Positions 46,219 to 55,469 of a DNA stretch of 64,000 bases are shown piece by piece. Both the position numbers and the translations under genes were made by a program. Within the stretch, counting starts at the first letter, position 1. Each line of letters opens with the position of its first letter. The notes under the pieces were generated by a model, which worked only from the letters and a program-made list of their open reading frames with translations, ran no database searches and was not told the DNA's origin. Source of the DNA: a virus; the IMG/VR virus record IMGVR_UViG_3300036715_002359, positions 9,557 to 73,556 of that record; one strand, written 5' to 3'.

Positions 46219-49200
46219 TTAATTGATCAAATCATCATCTTCAATTTCTTCTGGCTCTTGTTCTTCTTCTACTAAGTTAGAAGCGTGAGTATTAATGGTT
46301 TTTAGATATTTACCAGTTGAAGTGTCATGCACATGGAAGATACCATCTTTCTCATGAACAAGACCCATAGTGCCAGTAGCTAAAGCATCAAACTCAGAAC
46401 TTTTTAAACCTAACAAAGATTTTACAGGACGTTCAAATACAGGATTAACAATTGATTCAGCTAACTTATAGTGAGTCCACTTTGTGCCTTTAACACCACC
46501 AGTTAAAGCTGCATCAAATAGACCACCTTTTTCTGGCTCCAGATTTTTAGCCGATAAACGTAATGGTTCTTTTAAAGCACCATTAGACTGAGCAAGAATA
46601 TCTGCATCAGTCATAGGACTAGCCGTAATAATACCATTATCAATTGAAGTTTTAACTCCAGATGCATTCAGGTAATTAAGGAATTTTTCTGTAGCAAAGG
46701 TTTGACGTGGCTTAGGCAATGGCTGACCAGTAACGAACTTTCTCCAGTAATCAGAATTTTCTTGACTCTTAAGCGTTGCAATTTCTTTCAAATTTTTACG
46801 GGCATCAGATCCCATTAGGCCCAACATTTCCATATACCCAACGGACTTAGAACCTTCTTCACCACCTTTAGTTGGCTGAAGGTTATTATCGTATCCACCA
46901 ACGTTACGAGCTGAATAGTTTTGATCAGAGGTTTTGTACAGTTTAGTAAAGTACTGTGGCCCTGTTAATACTTTGCCGAGATCTTTACCAGTCTTTGGAT
47001 CAACAAACATTTCACTATCGGGAATACCATGCTTTTGTAATTCAGCATGTAACTCACCAATGTTAGAAGTCTTCGAGAAATTATGGATAAGATAAGGCTT
47101 ACCTGTTTTCAAAGCAATTTTACCTGCAACAGTTTCCATCAACTGACCAAGATTAATACGTGAAGTAACAGAGGCTGGGTTCAAAACGATATCAGCTGGC
47201 TTACCTGTTTCTTTGTTGTAAGGCATTTCATTATCATTTAGAATTAACGACACAATACCTTTGTTACCGTGAAAACCAGTCAGTTTATCCCCAACTTCTA
47301 AATCTTTGACGGAACGCATAAGAATACGAATAGCCTTACCAGCTGTATGCGCATCGACTACTTCACCTGGTTCATCGTGTGACCAAATTTCAGATACTGG
47401 ACGATATGGTAAAACCAAGGTCTTATGTAAACGACCAAGCATTTTATCTTCTGGTGTTGGCTCACGTTTTTCTAAGACAATATATACTGGATCACCTTTT
47501 TTGAATATGGCTCCGATGTTAGGAAAGCCACGATCATCTAGCTTATCCAATTGTTCTCTTGTCCACTTACCAGGAAAATAACGTGGTAATAGAGATTTTT
47601 TTAATACAGTAGATGCTTGAATATCGTAATCAACTTTATAAGCATGATGACTTGCCAGGCTATCGGCGCAAGTCTTACTGATGACTAATCCATCTTCGTG
47701 ATTGTAGCCCTTGTAAGGCATGTAAGCGACGTTTAAATTCTTTCCTAATGCCAGCCCACCATCCTTGGTGTAATTGTTATCTACAAGTACTTGGAAGCGT
47801 TTAACAGTGTCTCCAACTTTGACCAAAGGAGCGTCATCGTCATAAAAACCCTTCATGTTAAAAGGAAGATTTTTAACCAATGTTATAGTATGGTTTTTAC
47901 CGTCGTCCGTTCCTTTGATAACTATTTTTTCTTTGGAAATAGAAACAACAACTCCGTCAACTGGAGAAGCTGTAGCGGAAATAGTTTTAGCCAATTGCAT
48001 AATAAATGGAACCCCATTAGAATCAACTGTTTGAACCAATGGTTGTTCACGATTCACTAAAGACAATGCTTGAGGAATAGCTTTACCTGCCATAGTTAAA
48101 CGGCCAGGATGATTAGAATTTAAGAAAGGCACAAGGTTAGTTGTAACAGTGTACATGTCAGTAGTATCGGCAAGCCAATAGTCAATGTCCTTAACGTCAC
48201 AATCCCCAAGTACACCTTTGACTTGAGCTTGAACTATTTTCTTACCTTTTTGATGAGGAAATCCAATAGTAGAAGTCATCATTTCGTGTACCGATAGGAA
48301 ATGTTCTTTACCTGCTTTATCTAATACTCGGCAATAGGTATTACCTTCTTTGTCACGACGAGCAGAGATAGTGAAACGTTGATCAATACCGGCATGGCCT
48401 GATTCTGGAGTACGACTAGGGTCAATGATACCTAAATGAGACGGATCAATATCACGGGCACTCATAGGAACGCCACGCTCATTACCAATACCACCTTCAA
48501 GTCCACCGAGAATAGTTACTTTACCAACGTTCTCTAAAGATTCGATTGGATTAGTTTCACTCGGAGTAGTAACCAAGTTAGATTCAAGTATATATGATGA
48601 GAATAGTTTATTAAAAGGCTTTGATACAACTGTGTTTTTAATCTTAATTGGTTCACCGGTTTTTTCAGCACGATCCAAAGAATACGCAATACGACTCTTC
48701 AAAGTACCAGTCAGAAGTTTTTCCTTTTTGAAACGAGTCTCTAGAAAGTCAGGTAAGTTCTGAACGCTTTTAAATTGTAAAGAGTCACGATTATCTTCTG
48801 GCTTTTTACCAGCATGAACTTCAACCAGATTACGTAAACTAAGCAGCAAGGCTTCATGAGTAACCGAAGCTATAGGTTTACCCAAAGTAACTTTAGTAGT
48901 AGCAACCGAAAGTTGGGAATTCTCTAAAGCTAAACGTAATGCAAGGATCTTATCTTCTTCACTAGCAGAAGGATCTTTTTTAAATACTAGTTTTTGGTAA
49001 AGATCATTGATGATCTTACCTTCTTTACCAGCAGAAGCCGTTAGATTTTCATGCCATACTTCACCGGGAACGTACGCCATAATTTCTTTAGGGCCAACAT
49101 TAAATACTCTACTTAACAACGGAGCTAAAAGAATACGTGAACTTTTAACTTCTAAGTAGAACAACATAGACTGAGGATCAAGTGTAAGCGAAAAAGAACT

Positions 49201-49641
49201 ACCACTACCAGTATTGTAGTGAGCCTCTAACTCTCCAGTTTCTCTTGAACGAGTATATACTCCTGGACGTAATTGTAATTGATTGGCAATAGCGTAGTTA
49301 TTACCACGGTAAAGCATAGTGTGCTTACCAGTAATATGAAATGCGTCCATAAGATTGAAATCTTTTTGAACGTCTACTACCTTACCAGTTTGATTTTCAG
49401 TTAAAGTCAATGTTCCACGAATAGGATACACCAAACTCTTACTAGTTAAAATGGCTTCTTTCTCATCTGCGGCTGTAAAATGCTTAGGCTCAGGTCTAAT
49501 ATCAGAAACACTCAGAGTATAATTCTTAGTAACGATAGGGAATTGGGAAGTCACACCCGCAACTAGAGCAGCGTCAACATTGTGACTAATTTCTTCTGGA
49601 GATGAGAATATGCGTTGTAGGTCTTGGGCTTGTTTAGGCAT
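46219..49641 (-). CDS. rpoB: RNA polymerase beta subunit fused to beta' N-terminal segment
   Basis: QLQLRPGVY, RDIDPSHLGIIDPSRTPES, GYNHEDG, GDKLTGFHGNKGIVS, LNPASVTSRINLGQ, QPTKGG. The C-terminal PEKGGLFD...WTHYKLAESIVNP resembles the beta' N-terminus. Confidence 0.92.
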   Translation of the reverse strand: MPKQAQDLQRIFSSPEEISHNVDAALVAGVTSQFPIVTKNYTLSVSDIRPEPKHFTAADEKEAILTSKSLVYPIRGTLTLTENQTGKVVDVQKDFNLMDAFHITGKHTMLYRGNNYAIANQLQLRPGVYTRSRETGELEAHYNTGSGSSFSLTLDPQSMLFYLEVKSSRILLAPLLSRVFNVGPKEIMAYVPGEVWHENLTASAGKEGKIINDLYQKLVFKKDPSASEEDKILALRLALENSQLSVATTKVTLGKPIASVTHEALLLSLRNLVEVHAGKKPEDNRDSLQFKSVQNLPDFLETRFKKEKLLTGTLKSRIAYSLDRAEKTGEPIKIKNTVVSKPFNKLFSSYILESNLVTTPSETNPIESLENVGKVTILGGLEGGIGNERGVPMSARDIDPSHLGIIDPSRTPESGHAGIDQRFTISARRDKEGNTYCRVLDKAGKEHFLSVHEMMTSTIGFPHQKGKKIVQAQVKGVLGDCDVKDIDYWLADTTDMYTVTTNLVPFLNSNHPGRLTMAGKAIPQALSLVNREQPLVQTVDSNGVPFIMQLAKTISATASPVDGVVVSISKEKIVIKGTDDGKNHTITLVKNLPFNMKGFYDDDAPLVKVGDTVKRFQVLVDNNYTKDGGLALGKNLNVAYMPYKGYNHEDGLVISKTCADSLASHHAYKVDYDIQASTVLKKSLLPRYFPGKWTREQLDKLDDRGFPNIGAIFKKGDPVYIVLEKREPTPEDKMLGRLHKTLVLPYRPVSEIWSHDEPGEVVDAHTAGKAIRILMRSVKDLEVGDKLTGFHGNKGIVSLILNDNEMPYNKETGKPADIVLNPASVTSRINLGQLMETVAGKIALKTGKPYLIHNFSKTSNIGELHAELQKHGIPDSEMFVDPKTGKDLGKVLTGPQYFTKLYKTSDQNYSARNVGGYDNNLQPTKGGEEGSKSVGYMEMLGLMGSDARKNLKEIATLKSQENSDYWRKFVTGQPLPKPRQTFATEKFLNYLNASGVKTSIDNGIITASPMTDADILAQSNGALKEPLRLSAKNLEPEKGGLFDAALTGGVKGTKWTHYKLAESIVNPVFERPVKSLLGLKSSEFDALATGTMGLVHEKDGIFHVHDTSTGKYLKTINTHASNLVEEEQEPEEIEDDDLIN

Positions 49642-49667
49642 TTTATTATTCGGTTAGATTACTAATT

Positions 49668-49964
49668 TTAAACAGTTTGGACTAATTCTAGATAAGTTAC
49701 TACTAAAAAGAATTGTTGCATAAACGTAAATTTTTCTTTTTGTAGCACAACTATCTCTTTTCCTTGAAGCCCAGCAGTCTCTAATAGTTCAAGCTCTGCT
49801 ACGGCTCCGCTATCATCTAAATCATATTTTCCGTAGCGTACTCTATACTTTGTTAGATCGAATTTATTTGTGTTTTGACCACCAAATCCAGGCATAGAAA
49901 TATTTTCTACCTTCATTGGTTGGGATGCTAACATTGCTGCGCTATTGTTTCCTGACTCTGCCAT
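49668..49964 (-). CDS. Hypothetical protein between portal and RNAP beta
   Basis: 98-aa ORF, operonic spacing. Confidence 0.65.
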   Translation of the reverse strand: MAESGNNSAAMLASQPMKVENISMPGFGGQNTNKFDLTKYRVRYGKYDLDDSGAVAELELLETAGLQGKEIVVLQKEKFTFMQQFFLVVTYLELVQTV

Positions 49965-49966
49965 TT

Positions 49967-51799
49967 TTAATCTTCTTTTTTAGGTGTTGGTTTTTTATCT
50001 GGAGTTGGTTTGCTGGAAGATTTAGAATCTCCACCTTTATTATCAGCTCCACTACCACCTGGTTTCCCAGGTTGAGGCTGTTCATCATTCATACCTGGTT
50101 CTGCTGCTGTTTGTTGACTTGCTTGAAATTCTTCTAAAAGTCTAGATACTAGAATAAACATTGGGAAATCAGTAACTTGTAAGTTATTAAGAATTTGAAC
50201 GACTTCCATTTCATCGCCTTGGTACAATTGCTGAGCAATTGCTTGTGCCTTAGTCAAACTAGAACGGTAATCGTTATCTTTATCAAACTTATCCACAATC
50301 TCTTTGGATGCTAAGAATACTGCTTGATCAACAACAAACTTAGTTTCCACATCTTTAATAGATTGAGTAATTGTATCACGTTGTTTAGCTTCCAGTTCTT
50401 TTTCGAAGTCCATACCAAATGCTTCAAATAAAGTAGATGGTGCTCCTTGTCCTTCTTTAACCATTTCTAATAGCATATTACGTAATGCATCGTCATCAGT
50501 AAGTTTGAAAGGAATGAAATCAACTCTGCAAGTCTCAATACCTAAATACTTACTAACGTGTAACATAACCCAGTTAACTAAATCCACAATTTGGGAAGTG
50601 TAAGTCAACATGGTATTCTCTAACAAACGTAATCCAGTAGTAGAACTTTGCCAATTAGTGACACCAGATAATAGTTCTTTGGAAACACCTAAAGCTAATA
50701 GAATTGATTCTTCAGCTTGAGCAATTTCCTGTGATACCAATAGGTTTTTGCCTTCTCCACTAATAGCTTGATACCCAATAGGTACTGGAGCAATAAGAAT
50801 ATGGTTCTTATCTTTACGATGTTGTGACAATGCCGCCGTCATGTTACCTACAAAGTTCTTCATAGAAATAGACACTACAGGATCTGACTGGCCAGTTTGA
50901 GCAGTAGGGTAAACAACTCTCAACGGATTCATAAAGTCGGTAGAAATCGATTCATTAGCCTTGCGTAGTGTGGCTTGGTAATATACTAATGGGAACAACG
51001 AAATCAGCGGTGGAATAGCAATACCATTAATGGAATGACCAGCACTAACATTCTTTAAATGGAAGATATGATTGTCATCGAATTTGAAATCTTGATTATT
51101 CTTAATAGCTTCAATTAGACCCCAAGGTACTGAGTTAACAAAAAGCTTGTCACCTTGTTGTACACGTTTCTTAATTTCATTAGGAATTTTATAATAGAAC
51201 TCTGACTCTCCAGTGATGGGGTTGTGGTTCATAGCTATATGTGTTGGATCCCATTTAATTAGATTCATATCGGGGACGTGAACACTCTTAGCGTCCATAC
51301 GCTTGAATTCTCCAACAAATTTACAAGCAGGGCAAGTACCATGCCATCCAAATTTCTTGAAAGTAGTAAAGATAGCTTTCTTAGCGTTGTACACTGTGGC
51401 ACATCCTGGACATACCAATGAACGCTGAATAGGAAAATACACGGAAACGAAAACGTTACCAACTGTGTAGTATTCAAAGCCAATATCATGTAATAGGGGC
51501 TTTAGTTTAAAACTAGTAAAGACTTCTTTATACTTCTCTTTTACTCGTTCACTTTTAGAGTCAACGACAAAATCAGTAATAGGATAGGTAGATAGTTTAC
51601 GAATAACCTCAGTAGTAACTGGGCTTTGCATAGTAATGTATCTCGACCATCTGATAACGTCATGTAAATTACGAGGTAGGAACTGATTCGCTACTGTAAA
51701 GAATGGACTCGTTGCTGCAGCATAGTTACCCTGTGTAGAGCTTAGGCCAGATGCACCGTTTGTGCCTGGGATTATAGGTGGTTGAAAGTTGCTATCCAT
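49967..51799 (-). CDS. Putative portal protein with Zn-ribbon insertion
   Basis: 610 aa; EYYTVGNVFV, IFHLKN...GIAIPPL...LRKAN, ILLALGVSKELL portal-like motifs; CPGC...CPAC insert. Confidence 0.7.
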   Translation of the reverse strand: MDSNFQPPIIPGTNGASGLSSTQGNYAAATSPFFTVANQFLPRNLHDVIRWSRYITMQSPVTTEVIRKLSTYPITDFVVDSKSERVKEKYKEVFTSFKLKPLLHDIGFEYYTVGNVFVSVYFPIQRSLVCPGCATVYNAKKAIFTTFKKFGWHGTCPACKFVGEFKRMDAKSVHVPDMNLIKWDPTHIAMNHNPITGESEFYYKIPNEIKKRVQQGDKLFVNSVPWGLIEAIKNNQDFKFDDNHIFHLKNVSAGHSINGIAIPPLISLFPLVYYQATLRKANESISTDFMNPLRVVYPTAQTGQSDPVVSISMKNFVGNMTAALSQHRKDKNHILIAPVPIGYQAISGEGKNLLVSQEIAQAEESILLALGVSKELLSGVTNWQSSTTGLRLLENTMLTYTSQIVDLVNWVMLHVSKYLGIETCRVDFIPFKLTDDDALRNMLLEMVKEGQGAPSTLFEAFGMDFEKELEAKQRDTITQSIKDVETKFVVDQAVFLASKEIVDKFDKDNDYRSSLTKAQAIAQQLYQGDEMEVVQILNNLQVTDFPMFILVSRLLEEFQASQQTAAEPGMNDEQPQPGKPGGSGADNKGGDSKSSSKPTPDKKPTPKKED

Positions 51800-51836
51800 A
51801 TGGAAGTTAGAGTCTTTATTAAAATAATTACTTTCC

Positions 51837-51843
51837 TATTTTA
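51837..51843 (-). promoter_or_regulatory. Putative late promoter motif TAAAATA (portal-RNAP unit)
   Basis: Recurrent motif, back-to-back with the early motif at 51883. Confidence 0.5.
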
Positions 51844-51882
51844 AAGGAAATATATTCATAAGTCAATTCACCAAGTAAGTAT

Positions 51883-51892
51883 TTGGTATAAG
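51883..51892 (+). promoter_or_regulatory. Putative early promoter TTGGTATAAG
   Basis: Exact motif. Confidence 0.75.
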
Positions 51893-51936
51893 TAAAATAT
51901 CGTGAGCAATTATGCTTACGTACCACAGGAGAAATC

Positions 51937-52200
51937 ATGTTCGAACACAATGTCTTTATTAATCCCCCTGATGTAAAACAAAGAGTCAGAAAACACGATC
52001 TGGCAGTATTTAACAAGCGTATGGAAAAGCGAGCACTGCGGAATAGCAAACATGCTCGTCGGGCTTGTCGCACTATGATGACTCGAATCCATATGGGTAT
52101 TGCTCGTGAAGATTTATTCGCACATGACACTGGGGTGGTGGAAAAAATTCAGTCAGCAGCAAAAATACTCTGGTTAAATATCAAGGCAATATTTCAATAA
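51937..52200 (+). CDS. Basic hypothetical protein
   Basis: 87 aa, AGGAG RBS. Confidence 0.7.
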   Translation: MFEHNVFINPPDVKQRVRKHDLAVFNKRMEKRALRNSKHARRACRTMMTRIHMGIAREDLFAHDTGVVEKIQSAAKILWLNIKAIFQ

Positions 52201-52213
52201 TATGGGTATGTAT

Positions 52214-52223
52214 TTGGTATAAG
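52214..52223 (+). promoter_or_regulatory. Putative early promoter TTGGTATAAG
   Basis: Exact motif. Confidence 0.75.
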
Positions 52224-52296
52224 TATAGTGTAGAGGAAATAACCGTATCAACAATATATCTTCTACACACCTCAATATCACCACATGGAGAAAACG

Positions 52297-52575
52297 ATGT
52301 CGAATACTCATAACAAAGTTAGCAAAGAAAATACCGAAGTCGGAACCAATAACGAAAGTACGTTGGCCGCATTGTTGGGCATTATGCAGGCACAGCTGGA
52401 CCAGAAAGATGCAGACCTGGCAGCAATACGTGCAACAGCGGCAACAAAAACTGAAATCAAATCGACCTGGGTTGATCACGTTGTTTCCGGTATCTCGATC
52501 CTCGGTATCGCCGGTGGTCTGGCAGCTGGCGGCACAATGTTGTACAGTCTGTTCAGTTCGAGCGACCAGAACTAA
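52297..52575 (+). CDS. Coiled-coil protein with C-terminal TM anchor
   Basis: GGAG RBS before ATG 52297, within ORF 52285..52575. Confidence 0.65.
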   Translation: MSNTHNKVSKENTEVGTNNESTLAALLGIMQAQLDQKDADLAAIRATAATKTEIKSTWVDHVVSGISILGIAGGLAAGGTMLYSLFSSSDQN

Positions 52576-52593
52576 CGGTCAGGTAATAGTGTA

Positions 52594-52626
52594 GGAGAAG
52601 GAGGGCGGAACACACGCCCTTCTTCT
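52594..52626 (+). terminator. Hairpin/terminator
   Basis: GAGAAGGAGGGCG...CGCCCTTCTTCTT. Confidence 0.55.
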
Positions 52627-52627
52627 T

Positions 52628-53086
52628 ATGTTTTTCAATCCTAAACTTTACCTTGAAAGAATCATGAGCAAATCAATACAAGAGCAATTAGCTCTAATTA
52701 TGGAGCAGCTGCCAGCACCGGGAAATAAGAAATCGAGAGAGGTCATAAACCTACAAGATTTTTCTGTTGAACACCAGGCACAAACAGCACGAGACAAGGG
52801 GCACGATAAATCATCCCCTAATTACCTAAACAATGTAACTAAATTTGAAAAGAAAGACCCACAGGTTTCGACATGTATCGAGAATCCTACTCTCTCAGAT
52901 ATACTTCATCTGTTACCTAACGCCAAAGTAGAAGAGATTTACAAGTTGATTTACGAGATCGAACGAGCCAGATTGGCTGCAATAAAGAGTGAAGAATTAA
53001 ATAGTCGGATTTTCACAGTGTCTATCTGTGTTACTCTGCTGGCTGGTGTAATAAGTATAGGGGTTCTTATTTTACGTAGCTTTTAG
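52628..53086 (+). CDS. Hypothetical protein with C-terminal TM anchor
   Basis: 152 aa; start may be 52664. Confidence 0.6.
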   Translation: MFFNPKLYLERIMSKSIQEQLALIMEQLPAPGNKKSREVINLQDFSVEHQAQTARDKGHDKSSPNYLNNVTKFEKKDPQVSTCIENPTLSDILHLLPNAKVEEIYKLIYEIERARLAAIKSEELNSRIFTVSICVTLLAGVISIGVLILRSF

Positions 53087-53138
53087 GGGTAATAACTAAA
53101 TGAAGGCTGTAAAATAAGCGCTAAGATAGACAAGCAAC

Positions 53139-53170
53139 AAGACCTCAGTTATACTGGGGTTTTGTTTTTT
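53139..53170 (+). terminator. Intrinsic terminator
   Basis: AAGACCTCAGT-loop-ACTGGGGTTTT plus T-tract. Confidence 0.7.
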
Positions 53171-53186
53171 AGCTTAAGGAAGCCAA

Positions 53187-53504
53187 ATGAATTTTACTTT
53201 TGAAAATACTTTGATTAAAAACTACTTTGAAGGTAGTGATGAGTACATTCCAGTTTCAGAATTGATATATCTGCACGAACACCCCCTTATCAAGGATTCG
53301 TTCTTAATAGAAATTGAAAGATTAATAAACGTTACAACTGAGTTGATGATTGCTAAAAAAATGCAAGGTGTTATTGTTCAAAAATTTGTTGATGTCACAA
53401 TGAAACTTGGGGCAGAATTACCAAGTATCACTCAGCAAAACGCCCCAATAATTTTAGAACACTTACGAACTATTTATAAACTTTGTAATTCTTTATTGAA
53501 CTAA
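53187..53504 (+). CDS. Hypothetical protein
   Basis: 105 aa, AAGGA RBS. Confidence 0.65.
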   Translation: MNFTFENTLIKNYFEGSDEYIPVSELIYLHEHPLIKDSFLIEIERLINVTTELMIAKKMQGVIVQKFVDVTMKLGAELPSITQQNAPIILEHLRTIYKLCNSLLN

Positions 53505-54686
53505 GAAAGTATTAATTAATACTAAGCTTCCAGTGTTAGTATCAGAAGCATCTGCTCCAATACGTTCTAGAATAACATTTAGTTTTTCTTTATTCAAAGT
53601 CCAAACTCCTCCAACAAATCCAGCAAATTGTGTGTTAGGAACAATTGCAGTTGCAGTGATGTTTGTTTGAATAGCATTAGCTGCACCTGTTACAGTGATA
53701 GTTTCATTGCTTGTAGTTATTGTAGTTGCACTAGTCAAATCTCCTACTGCGAATCCTTTATGACGTAAGCGAACAACAAAGTTACCGCTAGAAGCAGTAG
53801 AAGCAAATGTCATTTTTACACGAATAGCTTTAAAAGGATTAGTAGTTAATGCTGATCCAGCTAGTTGTAGAATTACTCCGCTCGTAGCTGCATCTGCAAA
53901 AGTTGCACTAGGAATCTCATTAGTAACGCCAATTGTTGCACCACCCGAAGTTAATGCAATAGGAGTAACGTGTTGGTAAATACCTTTTAAATAAGGAGCA
54001 CTAGCGTGTAAGGCAACTACTGGATTAGTAGTACCTTGAATATAAGTGATGTTAAATAATGGAAATTTACCAGAAGTAGTAGAGGCAGGAACTTCAGTAC
54101 CTGTGGTTGCGGCTGTACCAGCTACTGTGCTTAACACTAATTCACCATGAGTAAGCGTTGATGGTAAATAAAGATTAGCTGAATCAAGATTAGGTAAAGT
54201 AGAAGTAGAAATGTTACTAGTAGTTAACTCATTAAAGGTACCTTCAATAGTATATACAATTGATGTACCAGCAGTTACTGGAGGAGTAAATGTGAAATCA
54301 GTGGTTTTAGTAATTAAAGCTTGCTTCATAATTACGTCTGTAATTGAAGTGCTTACAGCACGAGCTTCATACACTACACCTGGAGCAACTCTAATAACGT
54401 TAGTACTTGGAGTTGAAATTCCCAATCCCGCCATGGAACGAACTGCGCTACTAATAGAAGTAGGAATACCATAAGTATCACTTGCTAATGCTGCTAAATT
54501 CAATGCACCTAACAAAGCTGCTCTACGGGCAGCATCAGATCCACCAGTTCTATCAGCTTTTAAATTGGTTTCGATATCTTGAAGTGGTCGATTATCAATC
54601 GTATAGAAATAAGGATCGGACGCAGTGTAATAGCGAATAGCCGTGAAGTTACTATCATTTTGCGGTAAGAAATCTGGGGTTGCCAT
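53493..54686 (-). CDS. Putative baseplate/tail structural protein
   Basis: 397 aa, T/S/G-rich; IRYYTASDPYFYTIDNRPLQD N-terminus; AGGA RBS. Confidence 0.6.
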   Translation of the reverse strand: MATPDFLPQNDSNFTAIRYYTASDPYFYTIDNRPLQDIETNLKADRTGGSDAARRAALLGALNLAALASDTYGIPTSISSAVRSMAGLGISTPSTNVIRVAPGVVYEARAVSTSITDVIMKQALITKTTDFTFTPPVTAGTSIVYTIEGTFNELTTSNISTSTLPNLDSANLYLPSTLTHGELVLSTVAGTAATTGTEVPASTTSGKFPLFNITYIQGTTNPVVALHASAPYLKGIYQHVTPIALTSGGATIGVTNEIPSATFADAATSGVILQLAGSALTTNPFKAIRVKMTFASTASSGNFVVRLRHKGFAVGDLTSATTITTSNETITVTGAANAIQTNITATAIVPNTQFAGFVGGVWTLNKEKLNVILERIGADASDTNTGSLVLINTFLVQ

Positions 54687-54774
54687 TTATAAAAGTTTCC
54701 TGTATTTGAAAATTGGTGGTATAATTAATATACACTAGTTTAATGTATTTATCAGCTTTTAGTCAAGGAATATA

Positions 54775-55206
54775 ATGAATTTGGTTTCATTAGTAAAACA
54801 AGCAAAAACAAAAGTTATCTCTTTGGTAGAGGCGTTTCATATCTACTTTATAGAATTGTATGTTCATTTTAGATACCCTACTAAACCTACGGGGTCTTCT
54901 GTTGCCTTATCTAAAAAACTGTCTGGTTTTTACTATCATGACATTTTTTCAGAATGGGTAATTCAAAAATTTAAATTCGAACATGTGATTATTTTAACGA
55001 ACATTAATGTCGAAGCTAAAAATATTCAATTTTGGGCAAAAGTCCCACAAACACACGCAACAGAATTTCTCAAAGATATTGTTTTACTCAAATGTAAAGA
55101 CAGAACAGAGTTAGAACGACTCGTTCAAAATATGGGTGTAGATTTTGCTGAAGCTTACGGATACTCTGCTGGAGTCTGCGTAATAACAAATAAGGATATC
55201 CTATGA
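54775..55206 (+). CDS. Hypothetical protein
   Basis: 143 aa, AAGGA RBS; TGGTATAAT at 54717-54725 upstream. Confidence 0.65.
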   Translation: MNLVSLVKQAKTKVISLVEAFHIYFIELYVHFRYPTKPTGSSVALSKKLSGFYYHDIFSEWVIQKFKFEHVIILTNINVEAKNIQFWAKVPQTHATEFLKDIVLLKCKDRTELERLVQNMGVDFAEAYGYSAGVCVITNKDIL

Positions 55207-55469
55207 AAGGATACGCAGTACTAGATTTAGATGGTAATTTTACAGTAAAAAGCTATGATTATATAAATTCGGATAACCCAGGATTTTTTACACAAAACAA
55301 ACACTTACTCATTAAGTATTGGTTATTTAACTCAGAAGATACAGAATCTATAACTAACATGCTAAGAGACTTTGATCGTATGGGTCTTCCAAGTCCAAAG
55401 ATCATGGAACTTCTAAAAACTATTAAATTTGATATAACTACTCTAAAAAAAGATGCAAATAAAATTTAA
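55203..55469 (+). CDS. Hypothetical protein
   Basis: 88 aa, ATGA overlap. Confidence 0.65.
   Translation: MKGYAVLDLDGNFTVKSYDYINSDNPGFFTQNKHLLIKYWLFNSEDTESITNMLRDFDRMGLPSPKIMELLKTIKFDITTLKKDANKI

Noticed and set aside
24932-49641. Cellular (bacterial) rpoB/rpoC locus or prophage-host junction
   Set aside because: The genes are split, divergent and embedded among virion genes, with no ribosomal-protein neighbours or other housekeeping genes.
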